The position numbers were made by a program, and so were the translations under genes. Positions 47,475-57,064 of a stretch of DNA of 64,000 nucleotides are shown here, one piece after another. Source of the DNA: an uncultured Alphaproteobacteria bacterium (GTDB lineage: Bacteria; Pseudomonadota; Alphaproteobacteria; RF32; CAG-239); contig CAKQUE010000001.1 in assembly GCA_934277435.1 (NCBI GenBank), forward strand, positions 385,957 to 449,956. The letters are read 5' to 3'. Position 1 is the stretch's first letter, and each line of letters begins with the position of its first letter. The notes under the pieces are model-generated. The model did not search any database and was not told the origin of the DNA. It saw only the letters and a program-made list of their open reading frames with translations.

Positions 47475-48883
47475 TGCCGGAATTAATATTGGTTATGATG
47501 TTGTTGCCGTTAGTTGGGTGCTTATTTGTGTTGTCGGCACCAGACAACAAGACAAATGCCTATAGTGTGGCATTTTTTACGTTAGTTACCAATCTTATTG
47601 TTATTTTGCGCTTGTTTTCGTTACTGGACATTAATTCTTCTGCGCTATCATTTGGTTTTGAATATCAGTGGCTGGAAAACTACAAGCTTAATTTATATTT
47701 TGGTGTCGATGCGTTTTCTTTGTTATTGATTATGGCTGTTTATTTGGCTTTGATTATCGGTTTGGCCGGACTAAATCAAAATGCCCGAAAAAATAAAATG
47801 CTGCTGTTGCTGATGCTATATTTTACCAGCAACATAACGGCGTTTTTTACTGCCGGAGATTTGCTTTCATTCTATGTGTTTTTTGCAGGTATGTTGATAC
47901 CGTTGTTTATGTTGATAGGTTATTGCGGCAATGCCAAAAAAATCCAAATTTTATATCGATTTTTTATGTATAATTTTGTTGGAATTTTATTTTTATTGGC
48001 CGCCTCTCTGATTTTATTGAAATTTTATCACGGCAATGTCCGGCTAGAAGAAATTGCGCTGGTAGACATGGCGCCGCGAGTCGGAATTTTAGTGTGGTCG
48101 GTTGTTTGTCTGGCTTTTATTTCCCGCATTCCGGTTTGGCCGTTTCACTCATGGATTGCTTCAGTAAGTATAAATATTAAGAATCCGCTGGTTTATATTA
48201 TGGTTGATATAATGCCGCTAACCGGATTGTATGGTTTTGCGCGGTTTTGGCCTTTGGCTGTGCCTGATAGTATCAGCCTATATCTGCCCTTTATTGAGAT
48301 TTTTACGGTTTTGACTATGTTGTTTTTAGCCCTTATAGGCTTAGTCAGCCGAGAATTTATGTATAAGCTGTTTTCATATTCCACTGTTTATTATTTGTTC
48401 TTTTTGTTGGCGGTTATTTTGCCGGTTGACACGCTGAAAATGAATATAGCGTATTCATTATTTATATTTTTGATAGTTACGTCATCTTTGGCGGTTTTGG
48501 ATTTGCAATTTGAAGAAAAATGTCGGCAGCAGACTTGCGGATATCGTGGAATTTTAGCTTATATGCCGCGTTTTTCTTTTGTGATGTCATTTTTTGTGTT
48601 GACTGCGGTTGGTTTGCCGATATCCTCTTTGTTTTGGAATAATTTTGTGCTGATTTCCGAAATTTTTAGAGAGAGTTTTGGCGTAGGTTTGTGGGTTATG
48701 GCGGCTTTGTTATTGGTGGCGCTGGGTTTGTTGCATGAATTATATGTGATGCGTGATTTGAAACAGCATGAAACTAAGGCGGAAAACATCGAAGATTTGT
48801 CGCCTAGACAGCAAATATTCTTGGCTGGAGTTGTTGCAATTTTGTTTCTGTCGTTTTTTAATCCTCTGTGGTTTATTTTTTAG
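47474..48883 (+). CDS. Complex I antiporter-like subunit, NuoM-like (divergent)
   Basis: The segment FFAGMLIPLFMLIGYCG resembles the NuoM TM5 region. ATG overlaps the upstream stop (TAATG). Confidence 0.55.
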   Translation: MPELILVMMLLPLVGCLFVLSAPDNKTNAYSVAFFTLVTNLIVILRLFSLLDINSSALSFGFEYQWLENYKLNLYFGVDAFSLLLIMAVYLALIIGLAGLNQNARKNKMLLLLMLYFTSNITAFFTAGDLLSFYVFFAGMLIPLFMLIGYCGNAKKIQILYRFFMYNFVGILFLLAASLILLKFYHGNVRLEEIALVDMAPRVGILVWSVVCLAFISRIPVWPFHSWIASVSINIKNPLVYIMVDIMPLTGLYGFARFWPLAVPDSISLYLPFIEIFTVLTMLFLALIGLVSREFMYKLFSYSTVYYLFFLLAVILPVDTLKMNIAYSLFIFLIVTSSLAVLDLQFEEKCRQQTCGYRGILAYMPRFSFVMSFFVLTAVGLPISSLFWNNFVLISEIFRESFGVGLWVMAALLLVALGLLHELYVMRDLKQHETKAENIEDLSPRQQIFLAGVVAILFLSFFNPLWFIF

Positions 48884-48892
48884 GAGAAAAAA

Positions 48893-50317
48893 ATGGTCGA
48901 AAATATATTATATCTTTCTCCGGTATGGATTTTAGGACTCGGCGTTTTGACGCTTTTGTTTTGTTATGCGCGGGAAAGTTCGGTTAGCTTGGTTTTTCGG
49001 CTGGCAAAAATTTTTGCATCTTTAGGCTGGGCTACGGCCGTAATTTTTTATAACCGTTCGGCTTTTCCTGAAATTATGAGCGCCAACGCCTATACGATTT
49101 TATTTATAAATCTAATGTTTTTTGCAATGTGTGCTACATTGTTCCTGTCTAAAAAGTGGTATGCTAGTATGAATATGACAGGGGCGCTGTTTTGCTGTGG
49201 ATTGCTGCTATCCGGTGTTTCTGGCGTTTTGTTGGTAACTTCGCATAATTTGGGATTGACGGCCGCCGCGGTGTTATTGCTGTTATTTTCAAATTATTTG
49301 CTTTTTATACATGCGGACAAGCGAAAAGATATTTATTTAAGCAGCCAGCTTTATGCTTTTTCAGCGGTTGTGGCGGCAGTATTGCTGATGGTTTGTGTTG
49401 GATTTTTATATTGGCAGAATCCAAGTTTAGACTATGATGTGCTGAGTCATTATTTTGAAAACGGAGCCGAAAAAAACGTATTGTTTTTAATGGCAGCGGC
49501 TTTGGTTTTGATTTTTGTATTTTTATTGGGTTTGTCGCCTTTGCATTTTTGGTATACTGAAACCACCGGACAAATCGTGCTGCCCGTATTCAGCTATTTT
49601 ACATTAGTTCCGGTGGGCATCTGCTGGGCGGCTTTTATAAAACTCAACGCCCACGTGCTGTCGGCTATGGAATCAAGTTTGACTTTGTTATATCAGGGAT
49701 TGGCCTTGTTATCATTATTTATGGGAGCTATTGGGGCTTGCAGCGGTAAAAATATCCGCAAAATTTTTGCTTTTGGAGTGGTCTATCAACAGGGAATAGT
49801 GTTTTTGATTTTGCAAAGACTAACACCGGATGCATTAAATACGGCTTTTATATATATGTTTGTATATTTATTGGCCATGTATGGTGTATGCGCTTGTCTA
49901 TATGGGCTTAAAAATAAAGGAGAATATTTGTTTATGCTCAGTGACTTTGAAGGAGCTGCTTTTCGGCGTCCATATATTGCGGCGACGATGACCATATTTT
50001 TGTTTTCGCTGATTGGTTTTCCGCCGTTTTTGGGATTTTTAGGGCTTTTTTCAGTTGTAAACGATTTAATTCAACATCATAATATTTTTCAGCTGGGATT
50101 ATTGTTTATAGCTTTACTGATTTTATCTTACGCATATTTGCAAATAATCAAAACTATGTATTTTGAAAACAGCAATATCGCTTTTGATCGAGCCGATAGG
50201 GGAATTTATCTGGCAATTATGCTGACCGTACTGCTGATGATTTTGATAATGTTGCAGCCGCATTATTTGATACAAGATTTGGAATGGATTTTGGAAGGTG
50301 CTTTGACATGGCAATAG
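48893..50317 (+). CDS. Complex I antiporter-like subunit, NuoN-like (divergent)
   Basis: About 14 predicted TM helices. Position directly before birA. GGAG RBS. Confidence 0.5.
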   Translation: MVENILYLSPVWILGLGVLTLLFCYARESSVSLVFRLAKIFASLGWATAVIFYNRSAFPEIMSANAYTILFINLMFFAMCATLFLSKKWYASMNMTGALFCCGLLLSGVSGVLLVTSHNLGLTAAAVLLLLFSNYLLFIHADKRKDIYLSSQLYAFSAVVAAVLLMVCVGFLYWQNPSLDYDVLSHYFENGAEKNVLFLMAAALVLIFVFLLGLSPLHFWYTETTGQIVLPVFSYFTLVPVGICWAAFIKLNAHVLSAMESSLTLLYQGLALLSLFMGAIGACSGKNIRKIFAFGVVYQQGIVFLILQRLTPDALNTAFIYMFVYLLAMYGVCACLYGLKNKGEYLFMLSDFEGAAFRRPYIAATMTIFLFSLIGFPPFLGFLGLFSVVNDLIQHHNIFQLGLLFIALLILSYAYLQIIKTMYFENSNIAFDRADRGIYLAIMLTVLLMILIMLQPHYLIQDLEWILEGALTWQ

Positions 50318-51045
50318 CAGATAAATGGGGTTATTATTTATTTGATGAAGTTGGCAGTACTAATGATGTTATAAAAGATTATTGTGGCGAATCCGGCAAA
50401 TATGTGGCGGTGGTTGCGGAATCTCAAACTTTGGGACGCGGCAGATTGGGGCGCAATTGGAAAAGTCCAAAAGGAAATTTATTTTTTTCTTTGGCGTTTG
50501 AGTATGAATTGCAACGGGCTGGAGAATTGGCGTTTGCGGCTTCGCTGAGTCTGTTGCAGACGGTTAAAAAAATTGCTCCGTTTGCCGATATAAAATTGAA
50601 ATGGCCGAATGATGTGTTGTTAAATAATGCAAAAATGAGCGGAATTTTGCTTGAAAAAGGTCCTGAAAAGTATATGATTATCGGTATAGGCGTTAATGTG
50701 GCCGCCAGTCCGGAAATTGATAACGCCGTTTATAAGATTACATCACTGGCCGATGCGGGGATAAAAATAGAAGCGCTAAAGCTGTTGCGCCTGTTTATAG
50801 AAAGTTTTTCGCAGAATTTGAGCTTACTGCAAACTAATGGTTTTGCGGTTCTGCGCGAGGAATGGCTCGAAAATGCCAAAAATTTGGGGAAAGAAATTAC
50901 TGTTCGCCAAAGTGGCAAAGAAGAAAAAGGTATTTTTGCCGGAATAGATGAAAATGCCGCGTTGTTGTTAAAAACGCCTGCCGGTACAAAACGAATATTG
51001 GCGGGAGATGTGTTTTTTGAAGAGATGAATAAAAAAGATGAGTGA
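50308..51045 (+). CDS. birA: Biotin--[acetyl-CoA-carboxylase] ligase (group I, no DNA-binding domain)
   Basis: GRGRLGRNW...G motif. The ATG at 50308 has a GGAAGG RBS. Overlaps the NuoN-like end. Confidence 0.85.
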   Translation: MAIADKWGYYLFDEVGSTNDVIKDYCGESGKYVAVVAESQTLGRGRLGRNWKSPKGNLFFSLAFEYELQRAGELAFAASLSLLQTVKKIAPFADIKLKWPNDVLLNNAKMSGILLEKGPEKYMIIGIGVNVAASPEIDNAVYKITSLADAGIKIEALKLLRLFIESFSQNLSLLQTNGFAVLREEWLENAKNLGKEITVRQSGKEEKGIFAGIDENAALLLKTPAGTKRILAGDVFFEEMNKKDE

Positions 51046-52702
51046 ATTTAAAAAAGAAGGAATTTATTTTTTGCCTTTGGGCGGAGCCGATGAAATCGGG
51101 ATGAATATGTATATGTATGCGGTTGACGGCAAGATAATTGTGGTTGATGCCGGTTACGGCTTTTTATTGGACGATTATCCAGGAATGGAGTTGGCTTATG
51201 CTTCGCCGGAATTTTTGGACGCATATAAAGACGATATCGAAGGTTTGTTTATTACGCACGGGCATGAAGACCATTTGGGGGCTATCGCACAAATTTGGCC
51301 GCATTTGCAGTGTCCGGTTTATGCAATGGATTTTACTTTGGGATTGATTAAATCTCGTTTGGCGGAATTTAAAATGGAAGATGTAGTTCCATTGGTTTCG
51401 GTAAATCAGCAAAGAACAGTAGAGTTGCCTAATTTTAGCGTTGAGTTTATCTCAATTGCGCATTCGGTGCCGCAGACCTGTGCTTTGGCTATCCGCACAA
51501 AATACGGCAACATATTGCATGCAACCGATTGGCGTTTTGATGATGAGGCGCTTTCTATGCTGCCAACAGATTTTGACGCTCTAAAAAAACTTGCGGATGA
51601 AGGCGTTTCGATGTTGGTTTGCGATTCAACCAATATTATGGTGGATAAAAAATCACCGTCAGAAGCAGAAGTGCGCAAAAGTTTGATGGAAATTATTCCG
51701 CAAATTGAAGGTGGTTTGATTGTAACTTGTTTTGCGTCTAATCTGATGCGTTTAGAAAGTTTGATTTTGGCGGCCGACAAAGCCGGAAGAACTCCGGTGC
51801 TGTTGGGGCGTACATTAATTAATAATATAAAAATAGCCAAAGAATGCGGCTATTTACAAGATTTGCCGCCTGTTCACACTATGGAGGAAGCAAAGGATAT
51901 TCCAGCGGATAAAGCGCTTTATATTTGTACCGGTTCACAGGCAAATTATCGTAGCGCGTTGAGTATTATTGCAAACGGCGAAAGCAAATATATAAAGCTG
52001 GATAATTCGGATACGATTATTTTCTCGTCTAAGATGATTCCGGGAAATGAAGATAAAATCGAACGTATGCAAGATAAATTGGTAGCGCAGGGAGCAACAG
52101 TAATTACTGATGAAACTGAGTTGGTTCATACTTCTGGACACGCTGGCCGCGAAGATTTGAAACGTATGTATGATTTATTGAAACCGGCTGTGGTGCTACC
52201 GGTACATGGAGATAAAAAGTTTATTCGCGAACATAAGCGTTTTGCCTTGAGCTGCGGTATTAAAGAAGTTTTTTCGGCGCGTAATGGCGATATGTGTTTG
52301 CTGCACAACAATCATATTGAACTTTTGGAACAAGTTTTTAGCGATATTATTGGTTGGGATAGAAACCGTCCGGTTTCGCTTGGTTCTCAACTGATTAAAA
52401 ACCGCCGCCGTATAGCATTTAATTGCAGTATGTTTATCAGTGCCGTAATTAAAGATAAAAAGTTGCTGGACTTGCAGATGTCGTCTATTGATATTTTGGA
52501 AGAAAATGATTGGGATAAATTGGCTGACGAAATTTTGGCAACAGTTAAACCGCTGATAGAGAAAAAATTGCTTGAATGTGAAAATCATACGCAAATAGAA
52601 GATTTTATCCGCGGGCAGATTCGCCGCCGCGTTTTTGCGGCAACCGAGATTAAACCGGTGACATTGTTGCATGTGGCATTTTTGGATAATGAATCAGAAT
52701 AA
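51038..52702 (+). CDS. rnj: Ribonuclease J
   Basis: Metallo-beta-lactamase motif HGHEDHLGA, beta-CASP region, C-terminal domain. 554 aa. Confidence 0.9.
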   Translation: MSEFKKEGIYFLPLGGADEIGMNMYMYAVDGKIIVVDAGYGFLLDDYPGMELAYASPEFLDAYKDDIEGLFITHGHEDHLGAIAQIWPHLQCPVYAMDFTLGLIKSRLAEFKMEDVVPLVSVNQQRTVELPNFSVEFISIAHSVPQTCALAIRTKYGNILHATDWRFDDEALSMLPTDFDALKKLADEGVSMLVCDSTNIMVDKKSPSEAEVRKSLMEIIPQIEGGLIVTCFASNLMRLESLILAADKAGRTPVLLGRTLINNIKIAKECGYLQDLPPVHTMEEAKDIPADKALYICTGSQANYRSALSIIANGESKYIKLDNSDTIIFSSKMIPGNEDKIERMQDKLVAQGATVITDETELVHTSGHAGREDLKRMYDLLKPAVVLPVHGDKKFIREHKRFALSCGIKEVFSARNGDMCLLHNNHIELLEQVFSDIIGWDRNRPVSLGSQLIKNRRRIAFNCSMFISAVIKDKKLLDLQMSSIDILEENDWDKLADEILATVKPLIEKKLLECENHTQIEDFIRGQIRRRVFAATEIKPVTLLHVAFLDNESE

Positions 52703-52776
52703 ATAACATAATATATCATATAAGAATGATGAAAGACTGTGATTTTAAATCATGGTCTTTTTTTTATACAAAAGAC

Positions 52777-52803
52777 TTGACAAACAACCGGGGGGGGTAA
52801 ACT
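52777..52803 (+). promoter_or_regulatory. Candidate promoter with G8 homopolymer in the spacer (TTGACA-15-TAAACT)
   Basis: TTGACA at 52777-52782, then aacaaccgggggggg, then TAAACT. The G8 tract is at 52790-52797. Downstream are a GGAGAA RBS and the ATG at 52836. Confidence 0.4.
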
Positions 52804-52835
52804 GGAGGCGTGAACACTTTATAGGAGAAGTAATT

Positions 52836-53510
52836 ATGATTACCAATGCTGATGCAGAAAAAAAATTTACCTCAAACAATGTTATTGAAGCTGAGCCGAC
52901 GGGTATTCGCCGTGTGATTATTCCAGCTTATGGATTTGCTGGTGCAACTCCTCAAAAAAGACAGGAATGGGGAGCAGACGGACCTTTTATGGAAGATGTT
53001 CAAGGATATAAATTTAATAATCCCAAAGATAATGCTGACCAAATATTAAAAAAGAACGACGGAGTTCTTATTTGCTATGATGCTCCAGGGCGAGTAGATA
53101 AAATTAATAAATATCTAGAAGAAAATCCTAAAACATTTAAAGATGTAGTTCATTTGAAAAAATTCATTTCATTTATGCAACAAGAAACTGGCGATGTGTG
53201 GGATACTGACGTTAATTTTGCGGCCGGCTTAAAAAATGCTCCGGCTAAAGAAGATATTAAACCAGGCAAGGTGTTTACCGGCATAAAAGCAAAAGAAGCG
53301 GTTACAGCTTTTAGGGTAAAAGAAGGTGAACAGTTTGAAGGTGCAGAAGGCACGCCGCAAACTGCAGGTAAAGGTGGTGCCTATGTTATCAAAGATAAAA
53401 GCGGTATAAGAATGATTCAAGCGGCAGAATTTGCTAAGGCTTATACTGTGACCAAGGAACCGCAAAATAATATTAATACGCGTGTAAATTCTACATTGGA
53501 AAATAACTAA
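52836..53510 (+). CDS. Hypothetical protein
   Basis: 225-aa ORF with a good RBS. No recognised family. Confidence 0.5.
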   Translation: MITNADAEKKFTSNNVIEAEPTGIRRVIIPAYGFAGATPQKRQEWGADGPFMEDVQGYKFNNPKDNADQILKKNDGVLICYDAPGRVDKINKYLEENPKTFKDVVHLKKFISFMQQETGDVWDTDVNFAAGLKNAPAKEDIKPGKVFTGIKAKEAVTAFRVKEGEQFEGAEGTPQTAGKGGAYVIKDKSGIRMIQAAEFAKAYTVTKEPQNNINTRVNSTLENN

Positions 53511-53527
53511 AAGAACTATTAGTTAAC

Positions 53528-53567
53528 AAAAAAAATCCCTGTAATTTAAATTACAGGGATTTTTTTG
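53528..53567. terminator. Bidirectional terminator
   Basis: aatccctgtaatt-taa-attacagggatt with A-run and T-run flanks. Confidence 0.8.
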
Positions 53568-54761
53568 TTATTCAAACGAAAACGGCGAAACAAGATAACT
53601 ATTTTGAATTATGTTGTATAGCTCGTTGTATGTTTGCAAATATTGTTGGCGCAATTCAGATGGTTCTGGCGGCAAATTATTAATTTGCTGTGCGACTTTA
53701 TTCAAATTGCTGCGCGAATCGGCAATCAGTTTAACAAACTCGGCTAAGGCTGGTATTTCAGAAAAATCATCAACAAACTCTACAGAATATAGAAATTTTT
53801 GATGATAAACCAAAAAATCTTGACATTTATCCAACAGACAGTCGACATTCAAACGCTTAATATATACATTGGCGTAAAATTGCTTATCTGTGTGTGCATT
53901 TATAATGCACATTTCTGCAGGGTCAACATACGCAAACGTTTCTGTCGGCGTTTCAAAATCCTCGTCTTCTAGCGACATTTGTTTATTTGCTTGCCACATA
54001 TTAAAGATGGAGTGCATATATTCATGTACATTGGCGAGCAAACTGCTTTGGGGTAAAAAGCCGCGTTCAAGGTTCACTCTGTCGTCAAAATACGGCGAAT
54101 TATAGGCAAAAGCCAAACACGTGCGTTCATCTGTAGTCAACTTGGTTTCGTTAGTCTTGGAGGCTTGCAACGCCTGCAAAAAACCATTATAGTCAGCGAT
54201 ATTTATGTATGCTTTCATAATATCTCTGAAAGTGTAGCTATAGATGTCGGCCTTTAGTTTGTCGCCGTATAAACACTCCAGCGTCAATAACAGGTTGCGC
54301 TTTAATTTACTTTCTTTTTCATTTATAGATGCAAAAATAGATTGATAGCGCAAATCCATAGATTCCATCAAGGTTATAACGACTTCATCTTGTAAGTTTA
54401 GAGCCCAGCAATAGGCCGTAATAAGAGCGTCTGAGGATAGAGTTTGCTTAATATTAATTCGGCATATTTGGGAGATTGCTTTTACAAAATCGTACTGCCA
54501 AGGAATTGGAGTATAAAAACGAATCCTGTCGATGGATTTTTGGAATGATTCGTAACTACAATCCACCCATTCGGCCAATTTCCAAAGATTGTCCAAATCA
54601 TCAGTATTCTCGCCAAATTTGAAACAAATTGTTACGTCGTACGTCACCTCTTTCAAATCTGTCAAGAGCAACCCGTGCTGTTGCAATAACATTGTTAAAA
54701 AAATGTATTGCCACAGTTCGTCCTTTTGAAGTAAATGCTTCTTTAAACTGTCTTTGTCCAT
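53568..54761 (-). CDS. Hypothetical protein with an HEXXH motif
   Basis: About 397-aa ORF with HEYMH (zinc-metalloprotease-like motif) and nothing else recognisable. Likely start MDKDSL. Confidence 0.5.
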   Translation of the reverse strand: MDKDSLKKHLLQKDELWQYIFLTMLLQQHGLLLTDLKEVTYDVTICFKFGENTDDLDNLWKLAEWVDCSYESFQKSIDRIRFYTPIPWQYDFVKAISQICRINIKQTLSSDALITAYCWALNLQDEVVITLMESMDLRYQSIFASINEKESKLKRNLLLTLECLYGDKLKADIYSYTFRDIMKAYINIADYNGFLQALQASKTNETKLTTDERTCLAFAYNSPYFDDRVNLERGFLPQSSLLANVHEYMHSIFNMWQANKQMSLEDEDFETPTETFAYVDPAEMCIINAHTDKQFYANVYIKRLNVDCLLDKCQDFLVYHQKFLYSVEFVDDFSEIPALAEFVKLIADSRSNLNKVAQQINNLPPEPSELRQQYLQTYNELYNIIQNSYLVSPFSFE

Positions 54762-54834
54762 AATGATAGGAATAAAATAATGAAACAATAAAATAGAATT
54801 AACGATTTTATTGTTTCACAGTAAGTGTTTTTTG

Positions 54835-55800
54835 TCAAGCGGTAGGAGATATTTTTTTGCGGATAAATTCAGTAAGCTGTTCTGGATTATCCCAAACTAC
54901 AGCGATTTCAAGAACTTTTATATCTTTTTGCAAAAGGTGCGGAATTTTGACATAATCTTTACTGGTGGTATAAACTTCTGCATTGAGTGTTCGAGCTTTT
55001 TCTAAAATTTTATCCAGTTCTTCGCGGCTGTAAAAATGGTGATCCGGAAAATCTATGGTTTCTACCACATTAAATCCCTGTTGGCATAAGGTATGATAAA
55101 ATTTTTGTGGGTGACCAATTCCGGCAAAGGCCACAACATTAGGATTTTCTATATTACAGGTTTGCACTGCTTCGGTATGAGCATAAAAAACGGGTAAGCC
55201 GCTTTTTTCGGCCAGATTGTGTTTGTCTTTGCCCAAAATTACTAAAGCGTCAGCGCGTTTAATGCCGTTGCAAAAAGTTTCGCGCAGTGGACCGGCCGGA
55301 ATTATTTTTCCATTGCCGATACCATAAGTTCCGTCAAAAACCAAAAAGGAAAGATTTTTGCGTAAAGTCGGATTTTGAAAACCATCGTCCATAACAATAA
55401 CATCGGCGCCGTTTCTTATGGCTAATTCCGCACCGGCATAGCGATTGGCGTTTACAACAACCGGAGCTTGCTGTGACAACAACAGCGGCTCATCGCCGAC
55501 TTCGGCTGCCGTGTGCTTTTTGTTGTTAACTATTACATTTTGCAGCTGTCCGCCATAACCACGAGTCACAAAATAGGGGTGATACATTTCAATGCCCAAA
55601 AGTTTAGCAATAGAAATGGAAACCGGTGTTTTTCCAGTGCCGCCGGCGGTAATGTTGCCAACACAGATTACAGGTATTTTAACCTTTTTCGGCTTTACAA
55701 TTTTTAAACGTGCCTGTGTCAAAGCGCCGTACACCCACCCAAGCGGAGCTAATATTTTAGAAATAAAGGAATTTGACTGCCAATATTTAGGTGTTTTCAT
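54835..55800 (-). CDS. lpxK: Tetraacyldisaccharide 4'-kinase
   Basis: P-loop GNITAGGTGKTP. Follows waaA. Start at the ATG at 55800, 11 nt after the waaA stop. Confidence 0.85.
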   Translation of the reverse strand: MKTPKYWQSNSFISKILAPLGWVYGALTQARLKIVKPKKVKIPVICVGNITAGGTGKTPVSISIAKLLGIEMYHPYFVTRGYGGQLQNVIVNNKKHTAAEVGDEPLLLSQQAPVVVNANRYAGAELAIRNGADVIVMDDGFQNPTLRKNLSFLVFDGTYGIGNGKIIPAGPLRETFCNGIKRADALVILGKDKHNLAEKSGLPVFYAHTEAVQTCNIENPNVVAFAGIGHPQKFYHTLCQQGFNVVETIDFPDHHFYSREELDKILEKARTLNAEVYTTSKDYVKIPHLLQKDIKVLEIAVVWDNPEQLTEFIRKKISPTA

Positions 55801-57064
55801 TTTCCATATATCCTTGAATTTTTTCGGCGATACCGTCCAAAACCTTGGCCTCGCTGGTTGCCCAATTGTAGGCAAGGCTGCGTTTTGCTTCTAACAGTTC
55901 TTTATTGCTCAAAAGCTGATCTACCATATCAATCAAATCAACGGTTTCATCAACTTGAATAATACCGTCAGCGCGTTTGGCTCTGTTCATAGCGTCAGTA
56001 AAATTGTGCATATGCGGACCAACAATCACCGCGTCGCGGCATCGTGACGGCTCCATAAAGTTTTGTCCTCCGTGCGGAATTAGAGAACCGCCAATAAACA
56101 CAATCGGGCAAAGTTCATACCAAATTCCCATTTCGCCGATAGTGTCGGCAATATAAACTTCGGTTTCGGGCTGAATCTTTTCATTGGCTGAGCGCAAAGC
56201 CGTTTTCAGCTGATATTTATCTTGCAATATATCGCGTATTTCCACACCTCGGGTTGGATGACGAGGAGCGATAATCGTCAGCAATCCTTCATGTTTGGCA
56301 CTTAGCTCTTTAAGATAACGACCGATTTTTGCTTCTTCATCACTATGAGTCGAACTTACTAACCAAACCGGACGTTCACCGATTTCATCTTGAATTTCTT
56401 TTTTCTTTTCTTCATCTACGGGAATCGGTAGACCGGCATATTTTAAGTTGCCTAAACACATAGCGTCTTTTGCGCCGAGAGCGCGCAAGCGATAAGCGTC
56501 TTCTTCTGATTGTCCCAAACAAGCGGTAAAGCAATCCAAAATTTCTTTAATAACAAAGTCAAATTGCTGCCAGCGTTTGAATGATTTATTAGAAATTCGG
56601 CCGTTTATCAAAATCAAAGGAATGTTGCGGCGTTTAATGGTCGAAAGCATCCCCGGCCAAAATTCGGATTCAAACCAAAGAGCTATTGTTGGCTGCCAAT
56701 GGCGGATAAAACGGGCGGCAAATACCGGATTGTCAATAGGTAAATATTGGTGAAAAGCCCGCTCTGGCAGGCGTTTTGCCATAACTTCCGCCGAAGTGGT
56801 GGTGCCGGTTGTGACCATTACATGGGCATCAGTATATATTTCTAAAAGACGGTTGATTAACGGCAGCATTGAAATTGATTCGCCAACGGACGCGCCGTGC
56901 AGCCATATCAACCTTCCAGCCGGACGTGGTTTGGTTGGGCGTCCGACTCTTTCGTTGAAGCGTTTAACATCTTCTTTGCCAATTTTTTTGCGCTTTTCAA
57001 TGTAGCGGCGAATGACGATTGGGTATAGAGTTCGAACCAAGGTATTATAAATTCCGATAAACAT
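55787..57064 (-). CDS. waaA: 3-deoxy-D-manno-octulosonic acid (Kdo) transferase
   Basis: N-terminal PxGxLIWxHxASVGE motif. 425 aa. Confidence 0.9.
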   Translation of the reverse strand: MFIGIYNTLVRTLYPIVIRRYIEKRKKIGKEDVKRFNERVGRPTKPRPAGRLIWLHGASVGESISMLPLINRLLEIYTDAHVMVTTGTTTSAEVMAKRLPERAFHQYLPIDNPVFAARFIRHWQPTIALWFESEFWPGMLSTIKRRNIPLILINGRISNKSFKRWQQFDFVIKEILDCFTACLGQSEEDAYRLRALGAKDAMCLGNLKYAGLPIPVDEEKKKEIQDEIGERPVWLVSSTHSDEEAKIGRYLKELSAKHEGLLTIIAPRHPTRGVEIRDILQDKYQLKTALRSANEKIQPETEVYIADTIGEMGIWYELCPIVFIGGSLIPHGGQNFMEPSRCRDAVIVGPHMHNFTDAMNRAKRADGIIQVDETVDLIDMVDQLLSNKELLEAKRSLAYNWATSEAKVLDGIAEKIQGYMENENT

